A stretch of 64,000 nt of DNA from Camelus ferus (taxonomy: Eukaryota). Shown here one piece after another: positions 26,470 through 40,012 of the stretch. Under the pieces are notes generated by a model. It had not been told where the DNA came from. It did not search any database and was given only the letters and a program-made list of their open reading frames with translations. The translations under genes and the position numbers were made by a program. The DNA is taken from positions 41,542,001 through 41,606,000 of the forward strand of contig NC_045696.1 in the NCBI RefSeq assembly GCF_009834535.1, read 5' to 3'. The first letter of the stretch is position 1. The number at the start of each line of letters is the position of its first letter.

Positions 26470-26491
26470 CATCCTCTGATTTCCAGAGGTT
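26470..26491 (-). CDS. Candidate 22-nt micro-exon PLEIRG(W) (phase 1-2)
   Basis: Acceptor cttttttggtctcaatatag, strong donor ATG|gtaagt; phase fits 24423-24481. Confidence 0.35.
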
Positions 26492-27264
26492 CTATATTGA
26501 GACCAAAAAAGTGGGGCTTTTGAAATGTTCCAGCAGAAGCTGAAAGCTGCCACAATTTTTTTATAAGATTTTATTTGATTTATGCTGCTTACAATAAACT
26601 TCAAAGAGATTCATGCCAATGGTTCTTAAATGTCATATAAATACAACTTTATGTAAACATCAGCCTGGAACTCTACCAACCTGTGTGGTTGGATAGATGG
26701 TGGATACTCAGCAAAGCAAACTGGCAACAGATTTTATTCTCAAGCCTTCATGGTTGAGCATAACTTTGTTCATTGTTCCACTTGTTTAGCAGAGTGCCCA
26801 CTGAATGTTTCTATTTCAGGTAGAAATGTATATTCTCCATGGTTTTACTCATCAATTTAAATTTCTCAAGAACATTGTGAATTTAGGAGAAAGACTGTTT
26901 TCCAATCATGTACCCCATCCCTAGTATTGTGTTCTGTATACTTATTGGTCTTTTATAAATGTTGGAGATTGATTTATAAATGTAGTACCTAAAATCAATG
27001 GGAGATACACTAAAATGTGATTCAACTAATATATGTGCATGAAATGATATCTAAAATCTGACCTCATTCCTATCACTTGAATTAAGCACATTAGTGCCAA
27101 AATGTAAGAAAAATTGGTTCTATATCATATTTTCCTATAAGTGGCCAAGAAAGATTTAGGGTAGAATAACATTTAACCAAATTCAGAAATTTGTAAAGGA
27201 TAATCCTTGGTCCTTCACTTTAATGATAAGGATGGAAGGAAGGAAGGAAATGTTATTGCACTAT

Positions 27265-27355
27265 TTAAAGAACATTTGGTCCTCTTTTTAGATCATGGGT
27301 CTTCAACTTTGTTTCCTTATTGTTCTCAATGGTTTTATACTGTCTCGATTGCAAG
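27265..27355 (-). CDS. Candidate alternative terminal exon LQSRQYKTIENNKETKLKTHDLKRGPNVL-stop
   Basis: Weak acceptor attttatag; in phase with 27465-27494. Confidence 0.25.
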
Positions 27356-27464
27356 CTATAAAATTCTTATTGGTTGTTTAATAGACAATGTGCAATCAAC
27401 AGTTTCATTCATTAAAGGATGGAACCTCTGAATAAATGATTTTGTTTCACTTTTATTAGTTTAC

Positions 27465-27494
27465 CGGTCTCTTGAAAAAGAATGAATCATCGGT
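27465..27494 (-). CDS. Candidate 30-nt exon PMIHSFSRD(R) (phase 2-2)
   Basis: Donor CCG|gtaaac; acceptor ambiguous because better AGs 17-19 nt upstream introduce stops. Confidence 0.25.
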
Positions 27495-27805
27495 CTAATT
27501 CATCAAGAAAACTCTAAGAAAATTCACAAGTTGAAATAGCTTTTGAAGCTAAAACAGCCAAAGATGTAAGCCACCTCAGCACACCTTTCAACAATTTTAT
27601 CTTGGTTCAGAGTGACTCAAATTATTCTACGAATTCATGAGTTGATCCATCATTTCAACTCCCTTACTTGAACACACTGCTGAAATCATTAAACTTACAA
27701 TTATGGGGAATTAAATAGTCACGATTTGGTAAGAGCCCTACTCCTATTTTTTTTTTTTCTCGTACAATAAGTCAATAAGGTTTATAACTGAAAACGATCT
27801 CAGAC

Positions 27806-27943
27806 CTCTGTCTCTGCAATTTTCCCGGCACAAACCCTCCTGCCCTATTGCTCAACTCTCCCCGAACAGTTGACGTGCCAGTCAGAGGACAGTCTTCACA
27901 GTGCTGAACCTCTAATATGTGTATGGCAGAATTAAGAGCTTCT
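27806..27943 (-). CDS. Candidate 138-nt exon EALNSAIHILEVQHCEDCPLTGTSTVRGELSNRAGGFVPGKLQRQ(R) (phase 2-2)
   Basis: Acceptor tgcttttacaatgttag, moderate donor GAG|gtctga, open frame, locally raised GC and CpG. Confidence 0.3.
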
Positions 27944-28949
27944 CTAACATTGTAAAAGCAGAGAGGTCTTGGGCCAATTACATGGACATGGGCTGAAATT
28001 TAAATGTCTGTTTACTAGTCTGTCTCTCACTTTAAACTGTGAGCAACAGGACAGAGTCCCTCTCAAGCATCATTGCATTCTGTTTCCAGCATGTATCTCA
28101 ACACTGACAAATGTTCAATTCCTTTTTTTAATAAAGGGTATTCATGGAGTACTAAATTTTATTTAAATCAGTATATTCAGGAGTGATGGGGCAGATACCA
28201 AGTGTGGAATTAAGTTATTTGAAGACCTTCTCCCTTCCATCCAAATTCTTTCCAAGTGCCAATAATCTAAGAAAAGGACCTCCTCCTTGTGTCCTTGGCC
28301 TTAACTAACACTGAAAAATGGGAAAGGAGAGATTATCTCAAATAAGCCACAGCCATGAATTCTAGCTGCATGAAGAAAGCTAGGGGTTGGTTTAAAGGCT
28401 TGGAAATTTTATTGACTTTCCTTAAAAAAAAAAAACAACTAATACATGACAAACCTCAGAAATACACTCAACGCTAAAATTCCTACTCATATTTGCAAAC
28501 ACATTTATTGTTTGGATGACAGTCCTCTCCCTGTCCTTTCTCCTATTCTCTTTCCTGTCACCAGCTTTCTTAGATTTGAAGTTTACTACAAAAGGAGCTA
28601 AGTCCAGTGAGCTGGGAGCACTACAAAAAAGAAAAGAAAAGAAAAGGGTGGGGTGGGAACCTGCCACAGCCTGTTGCTCAAAACAGGAATGAAAACCTGG
28701 AAGTGCATTAATCAATTCTAGATGTCTGTTCCCCTTGAACATGTCCTCTGGGCCAGTTTCCACATATTTCAGACACATCAAATACATAACACTGTAAGAT
28801 ATGAAATAAGATTGACAGAAATAATAGGAATTAAAAAGAAAATAATTCTCCATAAAATATTTGACTGAAAATAGGGAGACTCACCTAGTAAGAAGCTGGT
28901 GGAGTGATCTAAGCCTGGAGTGATGCCAGTCTACACTCAACTCTAGACC

Positions 28950-29125
28950 AGTGGTTACTGAACACCACTGTGCACTAGACTCAGCTGGAGAGCTTGCTAA
29001 CACACAGTTAAAATACTGATTATAATTCAGAAGGTCTGGGACTGGACCAAAAATTTGCATTTCTAATAGGCTTTCAGGCGATGCTAATACTGTTGATCTA
29101 TGGACCACACTTTGAGTAGCACTGC
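28950..29125 (+). mobile_element. MER5-type hAT MITE
   Basis: cagtggtt...aatttgcatttctaa...ggaccacactttgagtagcactg with cagtg/cactg termini. Confidence 0.85.
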
Positions 29126-29727
29126 TGTAGACTACAGAGGGAAAAACAACCAAACCAAAATCAGTTTTCAAAAGGCTGTAACAATGCCTACTTCTAAGGA
29201 ATGACACCAAAATTTCTGGCATAATTGTGGTGTCATTGACCTGCTTGGAAATTAAAACAAAAACTGGTTAGAAGAGTGAGAGAGATGAGTTTTGTTTTTA
29301 TAAATGCTGGATTGGAGATGCCATCAGAATATCTCTGTGTCCATGATATGTAAGAGGGCAGGAAACAGATGACTGTCACAAGCACATGGTTAGAATTCAG
29401 GTTTAAATGTAAATGTTTGCAAGTCTCCTTAACAAGAGAGAAAAAAGACTCTGGGGTCTGGGAAGAAACCAAACAGATATGCACAGAACCTCAAAGAATT
29501 CAATATCATGGGTTAGGAGGGAAAGAGACATCAAAGGAGAGAGACGGACTGGTTGCAATGATTACGATGGAAGAAGACGAGCCAGTAGATGAGTGAGTGT
29601 TTAAAGAGGCATTTAAAGAGAATTTTGTTTATTAATGAGTGGGCTCTGCTGCGTGCCTCAAAGCAAATGTGAAGGATGAAAACTGAAGAGAAATGCTCCA
29701 AGATTAGGCTCAATAGTCACTGATAAA

Positions 29728-30273
29728 CTTTTTTTGTATATACATTTTTTATTGAAGTATTGTCTGTTTACAATGTTGTGTCAATTTCTGGTGTACAGCA
29801 TAATGCTTCAGTCATACATGTACATACATATATTCGTTTTCATATTCTTTTTCACCATAAGTTACTACAAGACATTGAATATAGTTCCCTGTGCTATACA
29901 GTATGAACTTGTTGTTTATTTATTTTATATATATTAGTTAGTATCTGCAAATCTTGAACTCCCAATTTATCCCTTCCCATCCCTTCCCCAACAGTAACCA
30001 CAAGTTTGTTCTCTATGTCTGTGAGTCTGGTTCTATTTTATAAATAAGTTTGTCTTTTTTTTTTTTTTTTTTTTGATTCCACATTTAAGTGATATACAGT
30101 ATTTTGCTTTCTCTTTCTGGCTTACTTACTTAGAATGACAATCTCAAGGTCCAACTATGTTGCTGCAAATGGCATTATTTTATTCTTTTTTATGGCTGAG
30201 TGGTATTCCATTGTATAAATATACCACAACCTTATCCAGTCAATGGACATTTAGGTTGTTTCCATGTCTTGGC
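29728..30273 (-). mobile_element. L1 3' end
   Basis: Reverse complement of the same 3'UTR family as 46440-46790, plus the ORF2 C-terminal PFAAT motif. Confidence 0.92.
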
Positions 30274-30500
30274 TTCTGCTCTGCACTGTATCAGCAGCAT
30301 GGAACAGAAGGCAAACAGCAAATGGTTAAGAACAAAACTATAAAAAAAAAAAAAAAAAAGCAAGGCAGTTGGTATGATTAAAACAGGAGAATCATATTAA
30401 ACTTTAATTTTGTGCACAGAACTAGGATTCAATGACATCTATGATGTTTACAACTATTTTTGTCTTTTTCACTTTAATTTCCCAAGTGTCACTTATAGGT

Positions 30501-30987
30501 TGTGGTAGGCTGGAAAATGATTTCTTCAAATAAAGCCACATCCTAATCACTGAAACCTGTGAATGTTACCTTATATGGCAGAAAGGATCTTTACAGATGT
30601 AATTAATTTAAGGATCTTGCAATGGGGAGAGTAGCCTGGATTATCCAGGTGTCTACTAAATGCAATCATGGGAATTATCATAAGAGAGAGACAGAAGGAC
30701 ATTTCACACACCAGAACAAGACAGCAGTGCAACAACTGAAGCCAAGATGTGATGCTGATGCAGGAAGAAGCCATGCAAAGAAGGCTGCTCTGGGAGCTGG
30801 AAAAGGCAAGGGGGCAGATTCTCCTCTGGAGTGTCCAGCTGGAGAGTGGCCCCACTGGCGCCTTGATTTCAGCACAGTGAAACACTTGGGCTTCTGAGCC
30901 TCCAGAATTGTAAGAAAATAAATCTGCGATGCTTTAAGCTACCCAGGTTGTGGCAACTTGTCACAGCAGGCAGAGGAAACTAACACG
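30501..30987 (+). mobile_element. MaLR MLT1D-like solo LTR
   Basis: tgtggtaggctg...gaaacctgtgaatgttaccttatatggca...cctccagaattgtaagaaaataaat...gaaactaacac. Confidence 0.88.
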
Positions 30988-31509
30988 TAGGTCAATACTC
31001 AATCTTATCTTCTCAGTATTTTAGTCTTTTCTGTTATCTACTCAGGCCAAAAACAAAAAACAAAAAAACCAAAACCACACTCTGATTATGAACTGTTTCC
31101 CAGCTGATGGTCATAATATTTTATTCCTCTTCTCACACCCAGTTTGGAAAGAAGCAGATTTGCTGTTATATGAAATTGGAGGCTATCACTATTTTTTAAA
31201 TTTGGAAAATTAGACAGAAGATATGGATTTTACCCTTTAAAATGTGAACTTCTTAAAATATGGTTTAGCCAAAATGGGTTGTCCAACTAATCAGAACACA
31301 TGCCAGAAAGTACAGTCATCAGCATTTCATAACACAGATGCTGAGGACAAAAATCTCATTTTCCCAGTAATCATAAAAATATCAATGAGAATAATTCTGA
31401 CAGGAAAAATGACATTTAAGCATAATAAGGAAATTCCAGAAAATTAATATTATGTGGAAACTGGAGTTTTGTCTAAAAAAGATATTCAATAGTACCCCTT
31501 TTAAAATGA

Positions 31510-31872
31510 CTTAGAGCAGCTCAACAGCAACAACAACAAAAAAAACAGTTCAATTAAAAATATGGGCAAAGACTTTAAATAGACATTTCCCCCAAAATAT
31601 ACTAATAGCCAACAACACATGAAAAATGTTTAGCTATTGTCAGTACTGTTAGTACTCTAACCATTAGGGAAATGCAAATCTAAACCATAATGAAATACTG
31701 CTTCATACCCATTAGGATGGCTATTATAAAAAAAAAAAAAAAAAAAAAAGAAGTGTTGACAAAAAACGTGAGGAAACTAAAACTTGTGCATTGCTGGTGG
31801 GAATATAAAACGGTGCAGTCACTATGGATAACAATGTGGCAGTTCCTCAAAAAATGAAACATGGAATTACAC
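31510..31872 (+). mobile_element. L1 ORF2 C-terminal fragment
   Basis: cattagggaaatgcaaatc, cattgctggtgggaatataaaacggtgcagtcactatgg. Confidence 0.85.
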
Positions 31873-31874
31873 AA

Positions 31875-32514
31875 GACTGCCCACATCAGACACCAATCAC
31901 AAATCTGGGCCTCCCCTACTTCTGAACTACTGGCTGTAAGTCAGGGGTTTCCACAATCCCTTCCTTGGGTCAATAATTTACTAGAATGGTTCACAGAAAT
32001 CAGGAAAATCCTTTACTTACTATTGTAAGTTTATTATGAAGGATGTAACTCGGGACAGCCAGATGAAATAGATTCCCAGGGAAAGCCCTAAGGGTGGGTG
32101 TACAGAGCTTCCACGCCCTGTCTGGGAGTGCTGCCTCCGAGCACCTCAACGTGCTCACCAACCCAGAAGCTCTCCCTTTGTTTAGGGTTTTTATGAGGGC
32201 TTCATTACATAGGCATGATTGAGTAAATCATTGGCCATTGATTATTAACTCAGTCCCCAGACTCTCCCCTCGCAGGAGGTCAGGGGGTGGGGCTGAAAGT
32301 TTCAAACCTCTAATCGCTTGATTGGTTCCTCTGGCAACCACTGCACCTCCAAGACTCACCTCATTAGCATAAAGTCAGGTATGGTGAAAGTTTATCGTGA
32401 ATAACGAAAGCTGCTTCTCTCAGCCCTAAATCTCAGGAAGTAAGGGTCTCAAGATCCGTGGCAGGAATAGGGACAAAGACCAAACATGTACTTCTTATTA
32501 TATCATAATATCAC
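31875..32514 (-). mobile_element. MER21-like LTR (partial)
   Basis: Minus strand begins tgtgatattatgatataataagaa; internal aatttactagaatggttcacagaa motif. Confidence 0.75.
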
Positions 32515-33060
32515 AGGAGACAACCAGAGTCCAGATGTCAGCGCTATTGTCATTTTCCCACAAGTAAAGCAGCATTCCTCATGCTAGTGTTCTTCCTGGT
32601 GAGCATGACTTTGCCTGTCTCTGATGGTGAAAGCATTTGATGAGTGCCGGTCCTCTGTATGTCTAAGATGGAGAAAATGATTCTTTCTAGGGTTTTGATC
32701 ACTAAATGGGAGAAAGGATGACATATAATTAGAATATAAAGCTATTCTACAAGTGATCTACGTGTATGTATAAGGTACTTAGACATTCTCTGTGTGCAAA
32801 ATTCAACCCCCCAGCAGAAAAGCCTATATGAAACTTTTATCCCAGTTTTACTCACAAAGACACTGAGGCTTGGAGAGTTTAAATAAATTACGCTAAGTCA
32901 CATAGATTGATTTTATCCCAAATCTGTGGAATTCTGTGCTTCCCTCTTTCACACCATCCTTTCTTAACCAAGAGCTAACAACCTGAGAGAGGTAACACTG
33001 TTGGAAATATCTGATATGCATTAAAATGAAAAGTCTTTTAAACACATTAATATTACTTAC

Positions 33061-33085
33061 ATGGAATAATAAACTGGTTTGCCTT
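33061..33085 (-). CDS. Candidate 25-nt micro-exon GKPVYYS(I) (phase 1-2)
   Basis: Acceptor tcttttgctgtgtatttatag, donor CAT|gtaagt; in phase with 27806-27943. Confidence 0.3.
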
Positions 33086-34857
33086 CTATAAATACACAGC
33101 AAAAGACTCAGAGTTTTGTGCATTTTCTTTACCTAAAAGTCCATTAATTATTTCCAATTAATGGAAACTAAAGAAATAATCAAAGATGTTTTGTGAGGAT
33201 TTAGGCATAAAAATCTTCACCAGAGTTGTCAATGATTGTGAAATACTGGAAAGCAATCTGACACACCTAAGTAGGGAATCAGTTAAACTACATACTCTAC
33301 TAGAAGGTTATGCCATTATAAAAGTCTTATAGATGTGTATTTGACACATCCACACATAAAAATAATATGTACAGAGTGGACTTCTATGCATCCACAGAAG
33401 ATAATCTAGAAACATGTATCAGTTATATATATCATATGATATATATATCACATATATTTAATATATATATAAATATATATCAGTGAACAGTTATATCTCT
33501 AGGTCAGATAAGATTAGAAGTGATCCATTTTCTCTTTTGCTTATCTGTACTTGCTAATTTTTATAAAATAAATAAACACTACTTTCTAGTAAAAGCATAA
33601 TTTAAAATGTTTTTTCTAAAAGGATGACTAATAAGATATTAAAGAATAAACCTCGGAAATTATCATTCTGAGGAACTAACTGATACAATTATTAATATCT
33701 ATAGGAAGTTTCTATGATAAATAGAACTCTAAAATGGAAACAATGAAAGGAAATTAACAAAGAAAGATTAATAGGGTGCAATGTGAGAGAAAGCTGGAGG
33801 ATGTAACCAGGAGAAGTTGATAAGAAGGTGGTAATCCCTCAGTCTTCCCTGACTCCCCTTTGACCTCACCTACAATGCAAGACAACAATCTAGCTAAGCC
33901 CCAAGCAGCAACATGGCATAAATCAGCATTTCCAAAGTGCTTCCTGGGGAGAACACAAGTCCCACCAGACAAGTGGGGGTGACAACCATCTAGAATCAAG
34001 TAAGTTTGTGAGGTGCTTGGCTTTAAAAAAATTCAACCAATTTCTTTACTACAGAACTCCTCAAGCGCTCAGATGTGCTTTATGCACTGTCAGTCACCAA
34101 AGACAGATCTAGCATGCATGCAGCATTCACCAAATAAATAGAATGACAGAACACTGGTTTTGTGGCTTCTCGCTCAAGAATGGTCTTCCAGAAAACACTT
34201 TGAAAACCAGATTTCAGAAACAGGTGAAAGGAGCTAATCAGTGAGTAGAAGACTCACCAGAAGGAAAGTGGAAATGGACACACGAAGTTCAATAGTGGCG
34301 TCTGCAAAAAATGTCTGGCAAAAACTAACAGAAGGAATGAGGAAGCTGTGACTGGTGCAAAGGAAGAGAAAGAGGCAGTGCAGGCTCAAACCACCAGATT
34401 CTGATGTGGTTCAGATAAGACAAGACTGAGTTAGCTCAGAGCTTCAGAGCCTGCGTCCCTGACTGTCCCTGACTGACCCTTCTTGTCTCGCTAGGCTGTC
34501 CTTTACTTAACACCAAATACGAAGTAATATGACAAATATTCTGTTGTGTAAGCGGGATCTTAAGACAGGACTGTCTCATGTCTGTTTTGGCTGAGACCTC
34601 GGGGAGATAGGTGCCCAGGACTGCCACACCCAAGCAACAGGTGAGCTGTGCGGGGCTCTTAAAGAGGTAACGAAGAACCCGTGGTGTAACTCTTGGCTTA
34701 CCAAACACTTCCTGCCTTTTAGAAAAGAATAGGAAGGTAATGGCAAAAAAAACCCCAACATTACAGAGAAGTGTTGGTGGGTTATAAGCCTAGGGAAGTA
34801 GGTCCTTATCCTCTCCCCAAACCTCAAGAGAGGGTCTTCAAGAAGACCACCTGAAGG

Positions 34858-35321
34858 TATAGATGAAAAATTAGTCAGTCGATCTAAGAAATGGAAAATT
34901 CTACTTGAGCCAAATTGGAGGATTACAATTCAGGAAGAGCACCTCAGAAAACTCTGAGAACTATTCTGCCCATCAAAAGATTAGGCAGAGTTATTTAAGT
35001 TTTTTGAGACAGAGGGCTATACATTAAATGACATATTATTGACAGTTTACACAATCCAGATCTTAGCATACATGGTCACCCCTTAAAAGATCAAGAAGGA
35101 ATGTTAGTTATCTTTTAAGGATTTGTCTTGTTGGTGCTAGGAGAACGTTATTCTTTATGGCTGAGCAGGGCAGGTGTTTCTGCTGATGGAGGAGTTTTGC
35201 TCCATGTGTAACGCAGGTACACAGTGCACAGCAGCGCGGAGAGAAGAGGCCATAGGGCAGAGAAGAAATTTTGTGTTTAAGTTTTTCTTGTCTTGCCATA
35301 AAACATGAGTTTTATTTCACA
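34858..35321 (-). mobile_element. ERV1-class solo LTR, 464 bp
   Basis: 4-bp TSD aagg (34854-34857, 35322-35325); minus strand starts tgtgaaataaaac; the other terminus is a mutated CA. Confidence 0.75.
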
Positions 35322-35431
35322 AAGGGCTTGATATGTGTCCCTTTGGTTTGGGAAACAAAGTAGAGTCAAACACCAGGCTAAAAGCGAGAGGCTGGCTGAG
35401 CCCCTGCTCTGAAGACAGAGCAGGCATGGCC

Positions 35432-35797
35432 TGTCTTAGTCCGCTCATGCTGTTGTAGCAAAATACCATGAACTGAGTGCCCTAAACAACAGACCTTGAC
35501 TTCTCCCAGTTCTAGAGGCTGGGAAGTCCAAGACCCAGGAGCCAGCTTAGTCCAGGTCTGGTGAGGGCCCTCTTCCTGGCTTGTAGATGGTGCCTCCTCA
35601 CTATATCCTCACACACAGAGAGGAAAGAGGAAGCAAGCTCTCAGTGTCTCTTCTCATAAGGCCACCAGTCCCATCGTGGGAGCTGCACCCTCAAGACCTA
35701 ATTACCTCCCAAAGGCCCTACCTCCTAATACCATCACACTGGGGGCTAAGATTTCAACATATGAATTTGAGGGTGGGGGACATTCAGTCCATCCCAG
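35432..35797 (-). mobile_element. MaLR MLT1A-like solo LTR
   Basis: tgtcttagtcc...aaaataccat...gctgggaagtccaag...cctaattacctcccaaaggccc...tttcaacatatgaattt. Confidence 0.9.
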
Positions 35798-36714
35798 TCT
35801 GCAATCCCAGTGTTAGCGCTTCTCCTGGGCTAGGGATGGTCAGGAATTAGAACCTGCCCGAGAGAGCTGTCTGGAGGGGTGAGGACCCCATCACAAAAAG
35901 GCTAACATTGCACTGCCAGAATTTTAAAGACAAGGAGGAGGAATTTTAAGTAACCAGCTAGAGAAAATGTATTAGTTATTGAACCACAGATAAGGTGTTG
36001 CTAGAGTTTGGTGAAGCCCCACAGAGTCCCCTGTGACGGACAGCTAGAGGAAGCCACGGTCTTCATAAATTGGGGCCAGTCATGTAAAACCTTCCTTGCT
36101 CCCTACCCTTTGCTCCATTCCCCATATTTCAAACCTGGAGGGATTAGGAGACTAAACTGCAAAGTGAGGGGGAGGAAAAAGAAGCTGTCATGGTGAAGGA
36201 AAAAAAAATCAACCAGATCCCAGCACTCTGACTGAAGGCTGGAACTCAGATGGAGAAGTTTTAATTTTGTTCTCACTGTTTCATGATTCTCAGTATTTTA
36301 TTCACTGAAATGAGACTCTTTGAATAGGAGTAAAACACTTAATATTTGAGCATGAGGTTTCAAGCAGAGGTAAAGAGAAAACTGTCTTCACAGAATGGAT
36401 GAGGGATGGTACATGAATAAAAGTACTTTTGATTATGCCTTAAATGTGTTGCTCCTTCAACATACAAGTTCAACTTATAAGCCTTGAGAAGGATTAAACT
36501 AGCAATTCATTTTTATTCCTAACTTGTTTTTTAAAACCTACTGCCTGTTTCCTCACTATCCATTCACTCCTTATAATCTTAAAACTCATTTTCTATGGAA
36601 ATTACCAATACCACTTATTGCTGGGTTCTGTCAAACAATGTTTTAATTTCATTATAAAGTAAACTGTTTCAGAAACATCAGTCCAGCCCCATGTTAGAAG
36701 AATTTACATAGTAA

Positions 36715-37330
36715 CATAGCTGATTTTATCCCCCAAAATGCAAGAATGGCATCATATTAAGAGATTATTAATATAACTCATCACATCAGTTGGTCAAAAG
36801 AGAAAAACTATATGATTATTATAAAATTCATTAAATCATTATAGATTTTAACAAATCTTGGAAAATGAAGAAGACTAATACCTTCTTGCGATAAAAATCT
36901 CAGATTTTCCATGTCAACATCTTATTTAATGATTGAACACTAAAGTTGTTTTCTTCAAAGTCAGAAACAACACATAGTTTGGGAACCAATAAAAGGTTAA
37001 GGATGCAGAATAGAAAACCTAAAGGAAAGGTTCAAACATAAACAAAAATGACCAGTGCCATTTCAAATCAATGGGAAATTGGTGGAGACATTAATAAACG
37101 ATATTGGAACACTGGCTAACTTTTCAGGGAAGAAAATACAAGACCACCTCAAATATGTTTCATGTGATTTAAGATATAGATGAAAAAGATTTTTATAAGT
37201 ACCACTAGAAACTACAGATCCATATTATCTTGGAGCAGAAAAAGCTCAATTAATAAAAGATAAAAATCACATACACACAGAAAGATATAGTTGACTATGG
37301 AATTTGTTTTCTAAACCACATAAGTTACCA
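36715..37330 (+). mobile_element. Highly decayed old L1 ORF2 fragments
   Basis: ttttatcccccaaaatgcaagaatgg and aatcaatggg...aataaacgatattggaac resemble ORF2. Confidence 0.6.
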
Positions 37331-40012
37331 TAAACAAATGCCTATTAGGAGGCATTCCTATAAATGAGGCACAGAGACAAGTAAACTAGATGATTCTCTA
37401 TCACCAGGTAGGATCCACAATTTCAGAGGCTGTCAGTCAAAGTAAAGGACTGGAAGTTCGTCAGAATTCTGCATATAGACCTGGCCAGATGTTTTGCTCC
37501 TTGGCTATACCACCCACATATAAGGTGGGCTAAGGGACTAGTGTCTGGGTTACCCAACTGTGAGATGCTGTGCTAAAGAACTAGCATCATAACACCCTAA
37601 TGACTTCCAAGACAATGAAGTGACCATAGGGCCATTTCAGGCAGTAGTTAGGGTAGTGCCATAATGCTCTACCCCGGCAGCACATCAAACTCACCTGGAG
37701 GGCTTTTAAAACATATAATACAGGAGGAGTAGCACCTACCCCAGAGGTTCTAATTCAATTCACCTGAAGTGACACCAAGACCCTATTTTTTTAAGTTTCC
37801 CAGTTATATAATATTTCATCATAAAACAAAGGGGAGGTATTGATTCCTCAGCAGCAATAGGAAGCCTTTAAAAAAAATAATAATGGTGATTTATTCTTTT
37901 CTCAAAGATGCACCGTCTTCTAACCTGAACAGTCCTACTCAATAATTCTAAAAGTAAAGACACACTTCGTTCAGGACAGATCTGGTTTCTGTTAGAAGTT
38001 ACTTCAGAAGCTATACTTTTGAGTCCCCTTGCACCCTAAAACCTCTTACACGCCAACATCTTTTCCTCTCCATAACTTCGTACCTAATCGTTAGAACTTT
38101 AAATCTACTGTTCTCCTTAGTGATAGGCTACAATGCAATGACTAAATAGCTAAAGAAGCGGCATATTTGTGGTTCTGAAGGCAAGAGTGAAGGACTACAG
38201 GATCAGACAAGGCACATGGCATCCATTCATGTTGGTACAATGAGAGCTGTTGAATTGTTTTTCAGCGCAATATGTTTGCCGGGTAAAAGCTAAAACAACA
38301 ACAAAAACACCCTGTCACGGGGGGGCAGGAAGATTTCAGCTTGAACTCCCAGATATTTTGTACATAAGCACACAAACATCTTCGCTCTCAATACATAAAC
38401 CCTATTCACTTTCTCCTCTGGAGAGAAAAACATCCTTCAATTTCAGTGCTGTCTCCAATGACAGGAATGTGGTTCCCCAGTCACTACCAACAACCTCACA
38501 ACAAATGCCTTGGGCTGGGTTTACATCCTACAACATTTCATAGGTTTTGTAAAATCATTTGACCTTTTAATATGTTTAGCCTACTTAAACTAGATAGTTT
38601 GAATTAGTTTCTTATTGGCCAGGAATATTCCTTTTTAAATCTTTATCCTATAGCAACGGGTACTAATTAGCACTCAAATAATAACTGAATAACAGGCGTT
38701 TAAAATCTTCTTTACCCTAAAGCATGTAAACGTGCATGTGAACCCAAGTACACAATCCCTGAGTAAATTGCCTCCCCAGATTCTATGGGTCAGATGGACC
38801 TGTTCTGTTAAGACACTCAGTTATGGGAGGAAAGGGGGACTTGCAGTTGGAAGTGGTAGCAAAGACAGCTTCTTAGTTTTGGGGCATCAGAAGAGCGTTC
38901 CCTTGGTTTCTCCGTTCTCCAACATTCTCCACGGCCACGAGGAGCTTCACGGGACATCAGGAGCAAACGCCACCCAGAGGGAAGCCCAAGGCCCAGAAGG
39001 AGAATAGGTTGGGATGACTGTGGCTGTTACATTGCTCTGCGATAAAATGGGCCCCCCTCTGGGGGAAACTCAGAAATATTGAGGGAGAGAGTCCCTTAGT
39101 AAGTGTCTGAAAAGTCCCACGTAAGCAATGGAGGCACAAACAGAAACTTAGGCTTAGCCATCTCCTGGTGGCCATTTGTGTCCTCAAGCTGGTGGACTGT
39201 GGTCATACTGAGTTGCTGCCATGTGAGAATGCCAGAGACATGCCATGTGTGCTTTCTCCTGGTGCCCCAAGCCCTCCATGTATTTTTACTGTGCCTCCCA
39301 GCTGTCCCAGACCCCTCCTCCAAAAGCACAAACCACACAGGGATAAGGGCCAGGCCTAGACAGTCAAGATTCAAACCTTAAATTCTGTGAGATATTCAAG
39401 ACCCACATACTCTTTTCTACACCGTGCCGGTATGGGTCAGACATGCAAATAATGGAAACATAAAGTAGATTGTACCTACTAACGGAATTTACTACTGTTA
39501 AGAAAAAAAATATCCAAAATGTAGAAATTTGGCAAAAGGAAGCCTGCATATCTTTTCAATGTCATCCGTGAACATCATCTAACAGACCCACTCAAGGATT
39601 ATTTCTTTCTCTGGGAGAATATACCTTTCTCTGACTTGCTATTTAATATGATTCTACAAGGTTGTATAATAAGTTATCAATTTTTGTCTGGAAGAGATGC
39701 AAATGACCTCTGTTCAGTAGAAAAAAATAACCCTACACATTATGATTTTATTGCCCTTCAGGACATTAACCAACTTGTCTCCAACTTAGCCAACTTATTT
39801 TAGTACATCCCCAATGAACTCAATAATTCGCTGTTGATCAAACAGAGAATGTTTTGAACCAGCTTATCATCCTGCTGGTTCCCTCGCAAAGAGTTAAGTA
39901 AATCTTTGACAAATGCTCAATGTGTACTCACATGAGTGTCATATTAAGGTTTTGAAAATCATGCTTTGACACTACAATATGTCATGAAGATTTAGCATAA
40001 GAAGTGTTTTTA

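Noticed and set aside
28422..28853. 143-aa minus-strand ORF
   Set aside because: Low-complexity composition, no domain, no convincing exon boundaries.
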